A stretch of 64,000 nt of DNA. Source: Eledone cirrhosa. Its lineage: Eukaryota. Where the stretch lies: assembly GCA_964016885.1 (NCBI GenBank), contig OZ024743.1, positions 293,012,001-293,076,000 on the forward strand, in the 5' to 3' direction. Under the pieces are notes generated by a model, which saw nothing but the letters and a program-made list of their open reading frames with translations, ran no database searches and was not told the DNA's origin. The position numbers were made by a program, and so were the translations under genes. Positions 40,448 to 55,238 of this stretch are shown piece by piece (within the stretch, counting starts at the first letter, position 1; every line of letters begins with the position of its first letter).

Positions 40448-42402
40448 AGTTGATGCCTGACATACCTTGACTATGTTGATGGTTATAATTTAGTCATGGT
40501 ACTGATTAGTTATGACAAAACTCAATATTTATATACCTTAAGTTGAAACATGAAAAATTACATATAATACAGAGGGTGCGTATGACAATGTGTATAAAGA
40601 TATATAAATAACTAATAATATATAATACATAAACTTATATAACTGTTAAAATGTAAATAATAATAATATATGCATACCTCATTATTGCAGATAGTGGAAG
40701 TGAGAGATCGATATAGCAAATCAAGAGGAAAGAGAGAAAAAGATTTGATCGTAGGAACAAGAGAAAGGAGAAATGATCATATGATAGAGAGAGGAAAATG
40801 AGTTTAATAGTATAAAGAAAGGGGGGGGGGAGATATGCATTGTAACGTATAAATAGCGTATAATTAGATAGGGGGAAAGAATATTTAGGGACATAATGCG
40901 TGACCGTTTATTTTCAAATCTTAAGTTAATTAGAAATAGTCAATTAATGAAATGACATAAGATTTTAGACTATAACATTTGAAAGGATGTATATTATTGT
41001 ATTATATCAGAGTTCAAGCAAATGTAACGTGAAAGAGATAAATTTATGTTGATCATAACTCCAAAGGTAATCACAAGTATATTTAAAAGTATATTAAAAT
41101 TAAGAATATAATCAATATATTAGTCAAAAAAGATTAAAATTAAAATGTTATTAATAAGCCATAAAGCATTATAAATGTATTTAATAACATATTATTAAAC
41201 CAGATTTATCTAGATATACACATTTGTATAATTTATATATAGACTATAAGGTTTAAGGTTTAAGACGATATTAGTCACTTTTATATAATATAATTACTGT
41301 TAAGAGTGTTATAAATTTGATTCAACTAGATTTTACTGTATTTAAAATTTTACCTCAAGTTAAGTACAAAAAAATTAATCAACTTGGATCTAAGGAGACT
41401 TTTATACTATAAATGTATAATCATATCCTCGTGAATCGTAAACAACCATTCAAAGTAATTAAACGGTTTACAAGTCTGAATACATTAGAGGTATCAAATA
41501 TATAAGATATAAGATTTAGAAAATACAAAAACCAAAATTAAATGTATTTAAACAATTTAAAGGTAATACGTACTCAACAAGCGATCAGGTTAACAATTTC
41601 AATGTTTAGGTAGAGACCCTTAAGCTAATATTAATAATAGTATAAATAATAAAAGCATTACAAGAATTTTTAATCTGAGACAATATTGTTTCACGCTCAG
41701 AGTTATTAATAAACCTCTAAATCATTTCACATTTATTCAATGTTTTTTCCTGATTTTTTGTGAAGCTTGGAATGTAGATGTAGCTTTGTGCAAGCAATTT
41801 GAGAATAATTCATATTTTTTTGTTAATTAAGTTATCATAATTAGTAATTATTAATAGGGTCTCCATATCGCAAAGATGGCAGTTAGGTGATATTGAAGAA
41901 TTTTACGTAGACTTGGCTATTACAAAGTTTTGACCAAAATATTGAGTACTCTAAATTTTTATCTTTTAATGAACATATAATTTGTGATAAAGAAGTAGAG
42001 AATTTCTTATCCGGATTCGAAAAAGAGTGTTTGTGATTAGAATATCTTAATTTAAAGCTCGATGAAGTTTAACCTATATAGTTGTAGGTGATGTTATTTG
42101 CTTTAACGGTACATTTATAAACTAGGTTCTTACCAAGACAATTATTTTGGAGAGGGCAATTCGATCTATTTCTACAGTTACATTTCGATTTACTGTTATT
42201 ACTATAATTTAAACTGTACACGTTATCATTGCTAATACTCGGAGGTGTTCTATTGTGAGTGCTTAAATTAATGTTATTGTTATTCACAGTATCAATATTA
42301 TCCCTAATTGTTTGTTGGTTATGATTAAGAATTCTACTATTTATTTTTGCAATGTTCTAAGCCATATTCATAGTTGTAGTCAAGGTATGTCAGGCATCAA
42401 CT

Positions 42403-42468
42403 TATTTTATCTGATGAGGACGTACTGTTGAAATAGCTCAGTACCTCTGAAATATGTATAATAAAATA
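42403..42468 (+). ncRNA. Type I hammerhead ribozyme in PLE pLTR
   Basis: TATTTTAT-CTGATGA-gga.gtactg...cagtac.tct-GAAA-TATGTA-TA-ATAAAATA. Confidence 0.85.
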
Positions 42469-44307
42469 CATTTGATCACATGAGTGTCTATATTTATTAA
42501 TATTTTGAAGTAATATTAATAACTCAAGAAAACCTTATTGTAGAGTGCTTCTAATCTATTATGAAACTTTATTCATTGATGAATTCATTGAAACTTGTTA
42601 AACTTTTAATCATATTTAGCTCCCTGCAAGTTGAGCGCTTTTTCTACAATAGATTACAAATTTAATAAATGATGGAATTCTTTACATTCCCGACACCTCT
42701 CAAGGATATACCTATACCATCTAATGATGAATACACGAGGGAGCTGATTGGGCAAACAAACTCCTTTATAAGAAGAGTGAGGCGGCGTGCGTTTCACTTT
42801 GAAAACAAGGCAGCAAAAAGGAAAAACAACAACAATAATTTCGAAAACAACTTCAAATCTAGGAAAAATCCTCCGTACAACAAACTCCTGGAGGATTTTG
42901 AAAGCGAAATTCTTAATAACTTAATTAATAAAAAAATGAATTATTTTCAAGTTGCTTGCACAAAGCTACATCTACATTCCAAGCTTCACAAAAAAATCAG
43001 GAAAAAAACATTGAATAAATGTGAAATGATTTAGAGGTTTATTAATAACTCTGAGCGTGAAACAATATTGTCTCAGATTAAAAATTCTTGTAATGCTTTT
43101 ATTATTTATACTATTATTAATATTAGATTAAGGTTCTCTACCTAAACATTGAAATTGTTAACATGATCTCTTGTTGAGGACGTATGACCTTTAGATTGTT
43201 TAAATACATTTAATTTTGGTTTTTGTATTTTCTAAATCTTATATCTTATATATTTGATTCCTCTAATATTTTAGACTTGTAAACCGTTTAATTACTTTGA
43301 ATGGTTGTTTACGATTCACGAGGATATGATTGTACATTTATAGTATAAAAGTCTCCTTAGATCCAAGTTGATTAATTTGTTTGTACTTAACTTGATGTAA
43401 AATTTTAAATACAGTAAAATCTAGTTGAATCAAATTTATAACACTCTTAACAGTAATTATATTATATAAAAGTGACTAATATCGTCTTAAACCTTAAACT
43501 TTATAGTCTATATATAAATTATACAAATGTGTATATCTAGATAAATCTGGTTTAATAATATGTTATTAAATACATTTATAATGCTTTATGGCTTATTAAT
43601 AACATTTTAATTTTAATCTTTTTTGACTAATATATTGATTATATTCTTAATTTTAATATACTTTTAAATATACTTGTGATTACCTTTGGAGTTATGATAA
43701 ACATACATTTATCTCTTTCACGTTACATTTGCTTGAACTCTGATATAATACAATAATATACATCCTTTCAAATGTTATAGTCTAAAATCTTATGTCATTT
43801 CATTAATTGACTATTTCTAATTAACTTAAGATTTGAAAATAAACGGTCACGCATCATGTCCCTAAATATTCTTTCCCCACTATCTAATTATACGCTATTT
43901 ATACGTTACAATGCATATCTCCCTCCCTTTCTTTATACTATTAAACTCATTTTCTTCTCTCTATCATTTGATCATTTCTCCCTTCTCTTGTTCCTACGAT
44001 AAAACTTTTCCTCTCTTTCCTCATAATTTGCTATATCGATCTCTCACTTTCACTATCTGCAATAATGAGGTATGCATATATTATTATTATTTACATTTTT
44101 AACAGTTATATAAGTTTATGTATTATATATTACTAATTATTTATATATCTTTATACACATTCTCATACGCACCCTCTGTATTATATGTAATTTTTCATGT
44201 TTCAACTTAAGATATATAAATATTGAGTTTTGTTATAACTAATCACTGCCATGTCTAAATTATAAATTATAACCATCAACATAGTCAAGGCATGTCAGGC
44301 ATCAACT

Positions 44308-44373
44308 TATTTTATCTGATGAGGACGTACTGTTGAAATAGCTCAGTACATCTGAAATATGTATAATAAAATA
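44308..44373 (+). ncRNA. Type I hammerhead ribozyme (second direct pLTR copy)
   Basis: Near-identical to 42403-42468. CTGATGA 44316-44322, GAAA 44354-44357. Confidence 0.85.
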
Positions 44374-44633
44374 TATTTGATCACATGAATGTCTATATTT
44401 ATTAATATCTTGAAGTAATATACATATATATTTATATATATATAAGAATATATATATATATATTATAGGAGATTAATGGGAGTTTTTTAATTTCATATTT
44501 TTTAATTTCATATTTTGGCTCCTAATAAGTAAAGCTTCTAAAGTTGAATGTTTCTGAGCTGTTGTTTTTAGCGGTCTTTTGATCTATTCACACCACCATG
44601 GACTATAAAACGTACATGTCTTTCTTCTACACC

Positions 44634-44941
44634 AGTGATTCTCAACCAGTGTGCCATGGCACACAGGTGTGCAGCGGGATCTTCCTAACTGTGCCGCGAA
44701 ACTTTGAACGGCACACTAAGAAAATGCGAATGTAAGTTCATAGCTGTGTTTATCTTTATTTAGTTTAAGTCATTCTATGTGCCTATGACTAGTCTGTGTC
44801 TACGGCTGTATGCCGTCTATGACTTGCCATGCTTTTATTTTGTAAAATTCAAAAATGTTTCATATATATTTAGCCAGGTGTGCCGCTATTTTTTCATGTG
44901 TTCCAAGGTGTGCCGTTGGCAAAAAAAGGTTCTATACCATG
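44634..44941. mobile_element. hAT (Charlie/Buster-like) MITE
   Basis: Termini cagtgattctcaacc...ggttctataccatg, with repeated subterminal gtgtgcc motifs. Confidence 0.55.
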
Positions 44942-45319
44942 CGTGTTATCTTAGTTATCAGATGTATCTATTTAGAAGTGCTGATCGTATTGCTAGGCAG
45001 CCGCCGATGAGCTACATCTACAATATGGATTCTTCACTTTTTTTAACGAAACATACTCTTATTTGAGCATGTCCGTGTGTATTGTTATAATCGGATGATT
45101 AGTACTCTTTGATATATTCTTTTTATTGATTTGTATTCACCATTCCTTCCGTAGGTAATATAATTGTCACTCTGGTGGTTTTTGATCTCCTATGATTAAA
45201 CACATATCTCTATGTGTACTTCTCTCTAGATGTTGATTTATAAAGAGCTCAGAATATATTCCTTGAGCTAATTAAATTATAGGTGATTAATGTGAGTTTT
45301 AACTCTATTTTTTTTTTAT

Positions 45320-45710
<391 letters not shown>

Positions 45711-46019
45711 ATGTATATTGTAAAGTCAGTTAGTTGAGTGGAATATTTTGTTTGGTTTGGTTTGGTGGGTGGAAAAACTCACTTCAATGTTATGAGATTT
45801 TGCTTGATGTTGTCATAATATATGACATTTCACTGACAACAATCGATAAATAATAACAACAATAATAATAGTAATAATATTTTGTTGCATTATCATGATC
45901 AGTATTATTAGCTTTATTTTAATAGTTAGGCTTTTATGAAGATAGTTCCCATGGCGCTAGTTTTAAGGCCACCAGAAAGCTACTCAGTGTTACATAAATG
46001 ACATGTTTATGACTCACAA

Positions 46020-46072
<53 letters not shown>

Positions 46073-46208
46073 CAGGCGTATATCTTCTTGCATCTATATT
46101 CTTGTATGACTTCTTTTACGTTGAAATGCATATATGTATATATGTGCGTGCTTACAAATGTGTATTCATTGATATCAGCATTATTTTATCCATTGTGGGT
46201 ATATGAAC

Positions 46209-46247
<39 letters not shown>

Positions 46248-46346
46248 TATTTATATATATATATAAATAGACACACATACATTTGAGATTTGTGCGTCCT
46301 AATACAAATTATTATATTTAGAGTGATTAACTATTATTAGGGTCAT

Positions 46347-46397
46347 TTGGGATGCGCACATTTCACATTTTAAATTTCGCAATGATTCATCAGCCAA
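46347..46397 (-). ncRNA. Type I hammerhead ribozyme motif
   Basis: Minus strand: TTGG-CTGATGA-(weak stem II)-GAAA-TGTGCGCA-TC-CCAA. Confidence 0.68.
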
Positions 46398-46409
46398 CTG
46401 CTTTGTATG

Positions 46410-46469
<60 letters not shown>

Positions 46470-46600
46470 TAAAGAGAGTTTTAATTTTTTTGTTATTCAA
46501 CAAATTTATTTATAACAGATTCGAAGCACTCTACAGTATTCTTCCGGAGTATAATATCAATGATATTAATAAATGGAAACTATCTTTATAAAACCATATT

Positions 46601-46661
46601 TATTTTATTATATATATTTCAAGGGTACCAAAATGTTGGTACGCACTCATCAGATAAAATA
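46601..46661 (-). ncRNA. Type I hammerhead ribozyme, intact core
   Basis: Minus strand: TATTTTAT-CTGATGA-gtgcgtaccaa-catt-ttggtaccctt-GAAA-TATATA-TA-ATAAAATA. Confidence 0.82.
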
Positions 46662-46779
46662 CAAAGTAGTTTTATAAAGATTGACATATCCAAAACAACA
46701 ACTTATCGATTTAAGTTCAGTTTGTGTATAAATAGCCCCTTCAATGTAGAGCACTTTAAACTATAACAGATTACAAAGA

Positions 46780-46825
<46 letters not shown>

Positions 46826-46831
<6 letters not shown>

Positions 46832-47345
46832 ATAGTAACACAACAGTTAATTCGCCATACCGAGAACAATTGTTTCACCTCGTGCGGATCAGCTGCTCGG
46901 ACTGTGTGGACTGTGTATTGAAGAAAGGATAAATATTCTAAGGAGATTATGCAATAGTGATTGCCTAAATTTAAGAAATGAAATCTTCTCACGTTCTCCT
47001 CATGTCTGGAAACACCTCTTGCATAACTAAAAAGCTCCGGATTGAATAACATTCTAATTTTCTAATCAACTCGAACTTTTTATTCCGGACTTTCGCAGTA
47101 ATCTCCCTTACACCTTTCGCCCGTGGTTTGGTATTGCTTGAGTGAAATGACCTTTTCTGCACCTGCGCGTTCATACGGTTGTTCTTCCTGTTTCGTATAA
47201 CCATGACCAGTCCGAGCTGAAGATCCGAATAAGGTGAAACAATTGGTCTCGGTATGGTGAACTAACTGTTGTGTTACTACTTCTAACAAACTCGTCCCAT
47301 GGACTGAGTGCTCTACCACTACGGATATTACCTTCCAGTGTTCTA
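46826..47345. mobile_element. PLE terminal fragment with inverted pLTR copies
   Basis: 46828-46905 is a diverged reverse complement of 47208-47285. Both contain the hammerhead motif GAAACAATTG. Confidence 0.7.
47213..47251 (+). ncRNA. Minimal hammerhead motif (cleavage triplet mutated); inverted twin at 46861-46899
   Basis: CGAG-CTGAAGA-tccgaataaggt-GAAA-CAATTG-GT-CTCG. The twin keeps GTT but has a mutated CTGANGA box. Confidence 0.62.
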
Positions 47346-47346
47346 C

Positions 47347-47388
<42 letters not shown>

Positions 47389-48116
47389 ATTTGAGATTTG
47401 TGCGTCCTAATACAAATGATATATGGATTTACGCTAGTTGAAAAGAATCGATACAGCTTCGGCCGTTTTCTTACTCACTCAATGTGACAATCAGATTTAT
47501 TAGAAATACAAACCCGAGTGCACACTTACGTTAATCAGCCAGATAAATGATTTCGTATGTGTATAATATTAATATATCAAATATACCCGGACCAATACAC
47601 CAGTTTCTGCATTCCGATCTTTTAACAATAGGTGCAGCTGGAACCACTATTCACAGTAGTTAGGCAATATCAGCAGACATTACATAATTTGGCTCAGAAT
47701 GCTTCGTCAGCGGGTGGTAGCCGCCAACGAATGGAAAGGCCTGTTTAAATGTCTAGTACACGTCCAGTCTACACCATCATCAAATGTAGTAGTTATTCTA
47801 GATTTGTAGTGACACGTGACTTCTCAAAGAAGAGGTAAGCCAAACCCGACCATTGTTAGGGAACACATTGGCGGGAAATACAAAATTGAAAGATTGAATA
47901 TACGCCAAAAGCATGGAACAAGGATGCTTCATTAGAGAAAAATACAGTTTCACACGATAAATGAATCGAATAAGAATAAATAAATAAAAAATTTCAACTT
48001 ACAATTCAAAGGCAGATTAGTCGCCTGGAAGATTATATGAGTAGGTACACGAAGCTAGTCGAAGAATCGATGCAGCTTCAGTAGTTTCCTTACTCACTCA
48101 ATATTATAATCAGGTT

Positions 48117-48433
48117 TGCCGAGGTTAACTTTGACTTTCATCCTTACGGGGTCGATAAAATAAAGTACCAGTAATGCACTGGGTATTTGCTGGCCTTGTG
48201 CCAAAAGTAGAAACAATTATTAGAAATACCAGGGGGGTGGATTGGCAGTATCAGTTGAGGGTCGGACACCATGCTTTCCAGCATAGTTACGTCCCTTTAC
48301 AGTCGGAGTTCAAATCCCACCTATGTCAACATTGCCTTTCATCCTTACGGTGTCGATAAAATAAAGCACCAGTAATGCACTGATATAATTGCTGGCCTTG
48401 TGCCAAAAGTAGAAACAATTATTAGAAATACCA
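48117..48433 (+). mobile_element. Truncated plus full-length tandem tRNA-SINE pair
   Basis: The core occurs twice. attagaaatacca is duplicated at 48219-48231 and 48421-48433 (TSD). Confidence 0.88.
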
Positions 48434-49214
48434 ACCTGAACCTCATTTTATTGGCCTTAAGTGATTAAGAATACAAGACTCCCCTTGAAAATGACGCCAT
48501 CCCGTCATAAAGTTATCCCCCCCCCCCACACACACACACACACCTACCACCACTACCACCACCACCAACTGATCTTGGCAACGGTCATGAGCCCAACGCT
48601 CTAATCATAAAGCCAAACGCCGGTGAGCGCGGTCAATTTGTAAATAACTCGACAAATCATATTAGACTCATAGTTATGCGACAACAGCTCGTCTATCAGT
48701 CGCTATTTGTCGAATAGTCGCTTAGTCGTACAGGAGAGATCAAGCTGTCTGTTGGATTCTATCGTCAAGATGGTTTCGCCGTGTTGTCGATGTGCTTTGA
48801 TAAAAGAAATTCTATATAGTCGATTTTTATAAGGGTGAAGTAATAATTAGAGGCTGAGATTATTGTAAGAAAGATGGTTTGATGGACAAGCCTGACAGGT
48901 TTGAAGGACAAAGTTTTTACGTTTAGAAGGAAAACCTCATCGGCTTCTACTATGACTTAAAGTACTGAAGGAAATGATAGAAAAATAGAGGTGCTGATCT
49001 CAGTAAATATTTATGAAAAGTGACTGAAGGTGATGAGCTTTAGCGGTGTATAACTTTACTTTCAGTTCAGTTTTTGTTGTATAATGTCAGCAGAAAGATA
49101 TTCTTCGTGTTAAGAGTAATCTGATTGTTACAGGGTTTCACAACATAAAGTTCATCACAACAACACAGCAATGCGGTACCATTTTCTAATTTTTGTTTAT
49201 TTTTATCTTTATTG

Positions 49215-49600
49215 ATTTTTTCGTTGAATCAAAAGCATCTCCCTTTTCGGAAATGTGCATTTCAAGGACCCACTTTTCCATTGTCAAATGTCTTATTATA
49301 TGACCAAAATATCCTAAGCTGTTTCTTTACATACTGTAATAGTAAATCAGTTGGAATGCTCAGCTCCTCACTGGTGTCACCCTTTGTACATCGCCTCACC
49401 CAGATGACTCTCAATATCTTTAAACAGAATATACTCTCGAGAGCAATACATTTTTGTTCGTCTGCTTTTAGCAATGCAAGAATGTTGTTATTGGAAATAT
49501 GTAATCTCTAGAGCAATGGTTCTTGATGAACAAACTCATGTTCTACCCCTTGTAATCCCAGGTTTATTAAATTCCTCCCACATTTTGAATTGTCATCAAA
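49215..49600 (-). mobile_element. RTE-clade LINE remnant
   Basis: LKADEQKCIALESIFCLKILRVIW...ELSI...YFGHIIRH resembles the RTE post-RT region. Confidence 0.62.
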
Positions 49601-50394
49601 TAATTATTTATCCAAGCACCATATTAACATGAATGGGCTTTTCAAACCTCAATAATTCTATAGTCCCCAACGAAATAAAGCAGCATTTTTTTTTAGTGAC
49701 TTGTTAATTCGTGCTTGCTCTAATAGGTTTAATATTCCATTCGATATGTACACGATTTACAATAAGTATTCGCAGTTTGACTTCTTCATCTGACTAACAT
49801 ACATCCCTAGTTTGGCTAAAATTACTCTCCCGATATCCTAGTGTCTCACGTATACGAATCATTGCTCTAAGGACTCGTGAGTAATATTTAATTGAAAAGT
49901 CAGCGTGAGCGCATAGGTTTAATGAGATATTAAAATATAGGTTTTTAAGGTTATTTTCTCGTGATTTAGCTTGTGCAAGATTGTTTATGTTGCAAAATAT
50001 GTCTCTTGTTTCATAAAAAATAACTTGTACTTAGTGAATGTCGGAATAGTGTGTTTAAAAGAGCCCTGTAATTGCTTCAAATCATATTGCAGCATTAGGA
50101 AGAAGGAAAAAGAGAAAGTGTAAATATTGATTTCTGCATATGCAAATCAAACACGTTAAGCAAGCAAGAATTAAATTCAGATGGTACCAGAAATAATTAT
50201 ATATGAGTAGAAGTGAATTTACTATTTTACTGTTGTTGTTCTGGTTTGTTTGTTTGTTTTTTCTATTTTGTTATGTTTTTGCTATTAAAATCACGAATTG
50301 ATTATTTTACTTAGATTATGGTTACTATGTGCAGCGTACAGTTACATGTCACGATATGGCATTTTTGCATATACATACAACCACACGCAGGTAC

Positions 50395-50445
50395 ACATAC
50401 ATGCATACACACATACATACATACATACATACATACATACATACA

Positions 50446-50479
<34 letters not shown>

Positions 50480-50752
50480 CATACATACATACATGCATAC
50501 ATACATGTATGCACACATATATAAATAAACACATATATACATACTATATGCATATATACATACACATATACATGCATACATGTATGCATACATACATAAA
50601 TACATACATACAAACATACATACATAAACACATATATACATACATACATATATGCAAACATACATACATAGATACATGCATGCATACATACAAACATGCA
50701 TTCATACATACATACATACATACATACATACATACATACATACATACATACA

Positions 50753-50783
<31 letters not shown>
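50395..50783. repeat. (CATA)n microsatellite (also 51343-51406)
   Basis: Visible directly. Confidence 0.95.
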
Positions 50784-50785
<2 letters not shown>

Positions 50786-51343
50786 GATGATATGGGACAG
50801 GAGGAAGAAAGCATGCACACTAGTGGAAATTAGCTGCCCAGCAGATGCTTATATAATATCAAATATTAGCGAAAAGGCGAATATTTATGCAGAACTGATG
50901 AGAAATCTGCAGATACACCACCCTGATTACACCTTCAGATTTATGCCTGTGATTATTGGGGCACTGGGATATGTTAGTAACTGCCTCAATACAAATCTTG
51001 AGAAGCTAGACTTCACAGAAACAGAAAGAACACAACTAGTTAGGAAATTACAAGTACAATCCATTAATGGAACAGTAAAAATATGTAAAACATTCCAAAA
51101 ATGTTGCATCTAATAACTGCATATACACATGTACAGATACAAAGCATATTCACATGCAGACATACAACTCAAAACATACATATCCACACATACAATTACA
51201 TCCATATCTACACATGCATGCACCCATACGTAATCTACCTAGTTGATGCTGTGTAAATTCCAATGAGAGAGTCTTGTGTCTATGTTAGAAACCGACTCTC
51301 TCTCTATTGGGAAAAAAGTTGTGTAATTATAAAACCAGAAGAA
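50784..51343 (+). mobile_element. 3' end of an RLE-type (R4/Dong/NeSL-like) non-LTR retrotransposon inside (CATA)n
   Basis: MIWDRRKKACTLVEISCP...EKANIY..L...FMPVIIGALG matches the restriction-like endonuclease C-terminus. The 3'UTR has a hairpin at 51257-51313. (CATA)n lies on both sides. Confidence 0.82.
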
Positions 51344-53439
51344 CATACATACATACATACATACATACATACATACATACATACATACATACATACATAC
51401 ATACATGAAGTTATAGAAGTAAAACATTATATGGACAAACACAGAGTTTCTATGTTTATCATCGCTACGGGCCGTTGGTTATCAAGTAAACACGATTCAC
51501 AAAACCGCAGCTTAATTTTGGTTGACTCCATGACGACGAATAGTGAAGACCACACCCCCAATATATATTTGGTCAATTAATTTGTATCGACAAACAGTAT
51601 CCATTTACAACTCTATACGACTATGCTATTGCAGAGAACGGGATGAAGGAGAAGGAGGTATTCCGAAATATTCAAGGTAGGAGGACTAGTGTGTAGGTTG
51701 TTAGGTACACGATCAGATAGTCATGGGTTCGATTCCGTCACTGGTTGAAGCGTTATGGTACTGCATGTCACGTTCCTGAAGTCCACTCAGCTGAATAAAT
51801 GTGTATCAGCAGCTACTGGGAGTTAACCCTGCAACAGACTAGTGTCTTTGTCAGTTCTAATATTACTCTCTATCAATTAGCACTACGTGAAAACGTTGTA
51901 AACTCTGGTCTGATGGGCCTCGAGACGTAAGAAAAACTTTAACGTTTTTAATTTTTTTTTTTTTTCCGATATATTATTGTTGAAGAGAATATAACCACCC
52001 ATAAGGTGATATAGCAACATCCAGGTACTTGCTCAGACATTTTTTCATAAAATAGATTACATGAAATTAGTGGTAAAATTTTGTGTTTAATTTGGAACAT
52101 TTCAAAACTCCACGAGTCATCACTAATTCATTCAAAGCATATATGTTCTCCATATCAAAGGGTAGACGTTTATGTATATATAAATATATTAATATCAAGC
52201 GGCTAAGGCTAACATAGTAAATGAGGGAGGGATAGTGCCCATGACATTTATTTTCTATGGTAGATTTAATACCACTCGTTTCGTTTTGGTGAGGGTTGGG
52301 CAGTAGACTTAATCAGTTAGCCGATTTAACCTCACTACCTGGCTCTTGGGTGCTTTTAGCGAAATCAAAACTGATTCAAGCAAGCCGTCCGAATTTAGTA
52401 TACCTTCCTTCTTCTTACTAGTCTCAGATCCGGAAAAGACTGAGGCACACTGCAATTCCTTCCCTGATCAAACTTCAAAAATGTATAATTTTTAATGCTG
52501 AAATTGTTCAACATAGAGGTCTAAATATCAATACCTGTAAGTAAATGTGGATAGGTAAGCAATTTTAGAGAGATAACGTTCTACAGATTAAACATTGGGT
52601 GAAGTTATTGGCGGTGGTGTCTGATAGATGAAGCACAACAATGATGATGGGAGAGTGTGCCTGAGTGTAGGAGGTATTCAGTTAGCTTGTTTAATAAAAC
52701 AAGCGCCATTGTTGTAACGATATAAGAGAGGAAAAGAAGAAATAATGTATCTCATGGCTAGTAGCTGATTAAACCATTTCCCGTTAATTGGATTAACTTG
52801 TTATATATGCGCTCTAGTGCGCACCATCAGTGAATGTGTATGGCATAGTGATTAATGAGCTCGATTCCCGATTGTAAGGGCAAGGGTTCGGTTCTTAGAC
52901 TGAAAGACGCACTGTGATTGAGCATGTCATTTTATTTCAAATCGCTACAGGATCATTCAGCTCAAAATGAGTATAATATTAGCTACAAATAGACGGGTTC
53001 ACTTTACGACGGACTGGCGTCTCGTACAGGGAGGAGTCTTTCACTCTCAGTCACTGAAAGCAACATGAAACCGGGATAAGCTCTGACCTGATGAACCTCT
53101 AGGCTCCAGAAAGCCTAACCTCATCTAGACTGATTGTAATATAGTTGCAATAGAACCGGTCCTGTATGAGAGTTGTGCTCTAATGTAAGTCTTAAGTGAG
53201 ATTTACGGATGGCTAACAACTAGTGAAGGCCCCAATATTTTCTTACCTCATCTTTCTGATGCATTTTTGGCATTTGTAGCGACCTAATTTTGATTAGAGA
53301 GGGCGAGGTGCAAGACAGTATCTTAGATATCATTTCTTCAACGCCAAAAGCTGTTTGTGTAATGTTTCCCTTTTAATATTGTATTTCATTTATGTTGCTA
53401 CTGACGAAACAACAACAACAACAACAACAACAGCAGCAG

Positions 53440-53479
<40 letters not shown>

Positions 53480-53702
53480 AACTACTCTATCACAGTGCGA
53501 GGACTCATGTCTTTTACATTGCAGTCCAACTAGTGCCAAGCATGTTTCGTTTATTTGAACAATAAACTCTTAGTGGTCTGGTCGTATTACTTGCTAACAA
53601 TAAGGTTAACCTTGAACAAACAAATACGTAAAAAAGAGAGATAATACATTTAACAAATCCTGCTCTAGATTTTTAATAATGATAAGATAATAATAATAAT
53701 AA

Positions 53703-53845
53703 TGATTTCATTTATTGGCCACATGGGCCGACATGTAGGGGACAATACAAAGACAGGTAATAATGATTTCTTTATTAGCCTCACAGGGCTCAGATTAAGG
53801 AAACATTAAAGACGCTACAGGACGATATTGTGAGGGATTTTTCTT
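53703..53845 (-). mobile_element. Two tandem 3'-terminal tips of L1/Tx1-like elements in (ATT)n
   Basis: On the minus strand, ...ccaataaatgaaatcattatt and ...gctaataaagaaatcattatt resemble the 3' ends at 32120-32145 and 10530. Confidence 0.5.
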
Positions 53846-54058
53846 TGTATAAAATAATTGTTTCTACTTTAGGCACAAGGCCAGCAATTACCCAGTGCAT
53901 TACTGGTACTTTATTTTATCGACCCCGTAAGGATGAAAGGCAAAGTCAACCTCGGCGGGATTTGAACTCAGATCGTAAAGGGACGTAACTATGCTGGAAA
54001 GCATGGCGTCCGACCTTCTACTGATACTGCCAATCCACCGCCCTTTGTATAAAATAAT
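53843..54058 (-). mobile_element. Full-length tRNA-SINE with 16-bp TSD
   Basis: ctttgtataaaataat at 53843-53858 and 54043-54058 brackets a reverse-complement SINE. Confidence 0.92.
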
Positions 54059-54238
54059 AATAACAATAATGGTTAGTGAAGCATGACACACACACATATA
54101 TATATATATATAAGTTATTCCGGGTTGAATCGGAGGTAACCACGGTAAGTAAGGTACTCAATACATAGCAGAGTATAAGTGTTTTAATATAGAAGAGCTT
54201 CTACAGGACTAGAACTGTTTCATTCGTGATGATTTCTG

Positions 54239-54390
<152 letters not shown>

Positions 54391-55025
54391 GCTTTCACCC
54401 ATGCGTGCAACAATCAGTATGGTGACATTGTGTGCAGCCATGCGCTAAGAGTTATGTTTGAAAGCGTCGCTTTTATCTTTACTTTTATTTTATATTTTAC
54501 TGTTTTTAATCAAATAAATAGATAAATTAGCAACACAAAAAAAAATGTTTATCTTTTTATCTTTCTTTGAATGTTTCTTTCTGTCTGTCACTTTGCCCGT
54601 TTGTATATCTTTTCTCTTTTTATATTTATTTATTTGTTGTTATTGTTGTTTCGTTGTTGTTATTTTTTACTGAAATTTCCAAATGAGCTATTATCGTGAA
54701 TTCGACAAAACGGATATCAACTGAAATCTGTGAAATCTACAATCTGTATTTGCAGACAATATTTGCGCCTTCTGAAATTAGACTCACTAACTTTTCTTGC
54801 TAAAAAAAATATATCCATCATGGTTTTGCTTTTGGTGTATAGTGTGTATGTGTTTTTGTATGTATTACGTATGCGTATATATATATATATACATATAGGA
54901 TGCTCTGCAGCTTACATGGTCTTCATCTACCAGTACTTAAAACCTTTGGAGTATACCTTAGACTTTGTTAACGTATTGAGCTTATTGCACCTTAACAGAA
55001 TAAGACCGGATTATTCCAATTTCAT

Positions 55026-55070
<45 letters not shown>

Positions 55071-55132
55071 ATATATCTATATATATCATATATAAAGTGA
55101 GAGAGAGAGAGGGAGAGAGAGAGAGTGAGAGA

Positions 55133-55196
<64 letters not shown>

Positions 55197-55206
55197 TATA
55201 TACATA

Positions 55207-55238
<32 letters not shown>

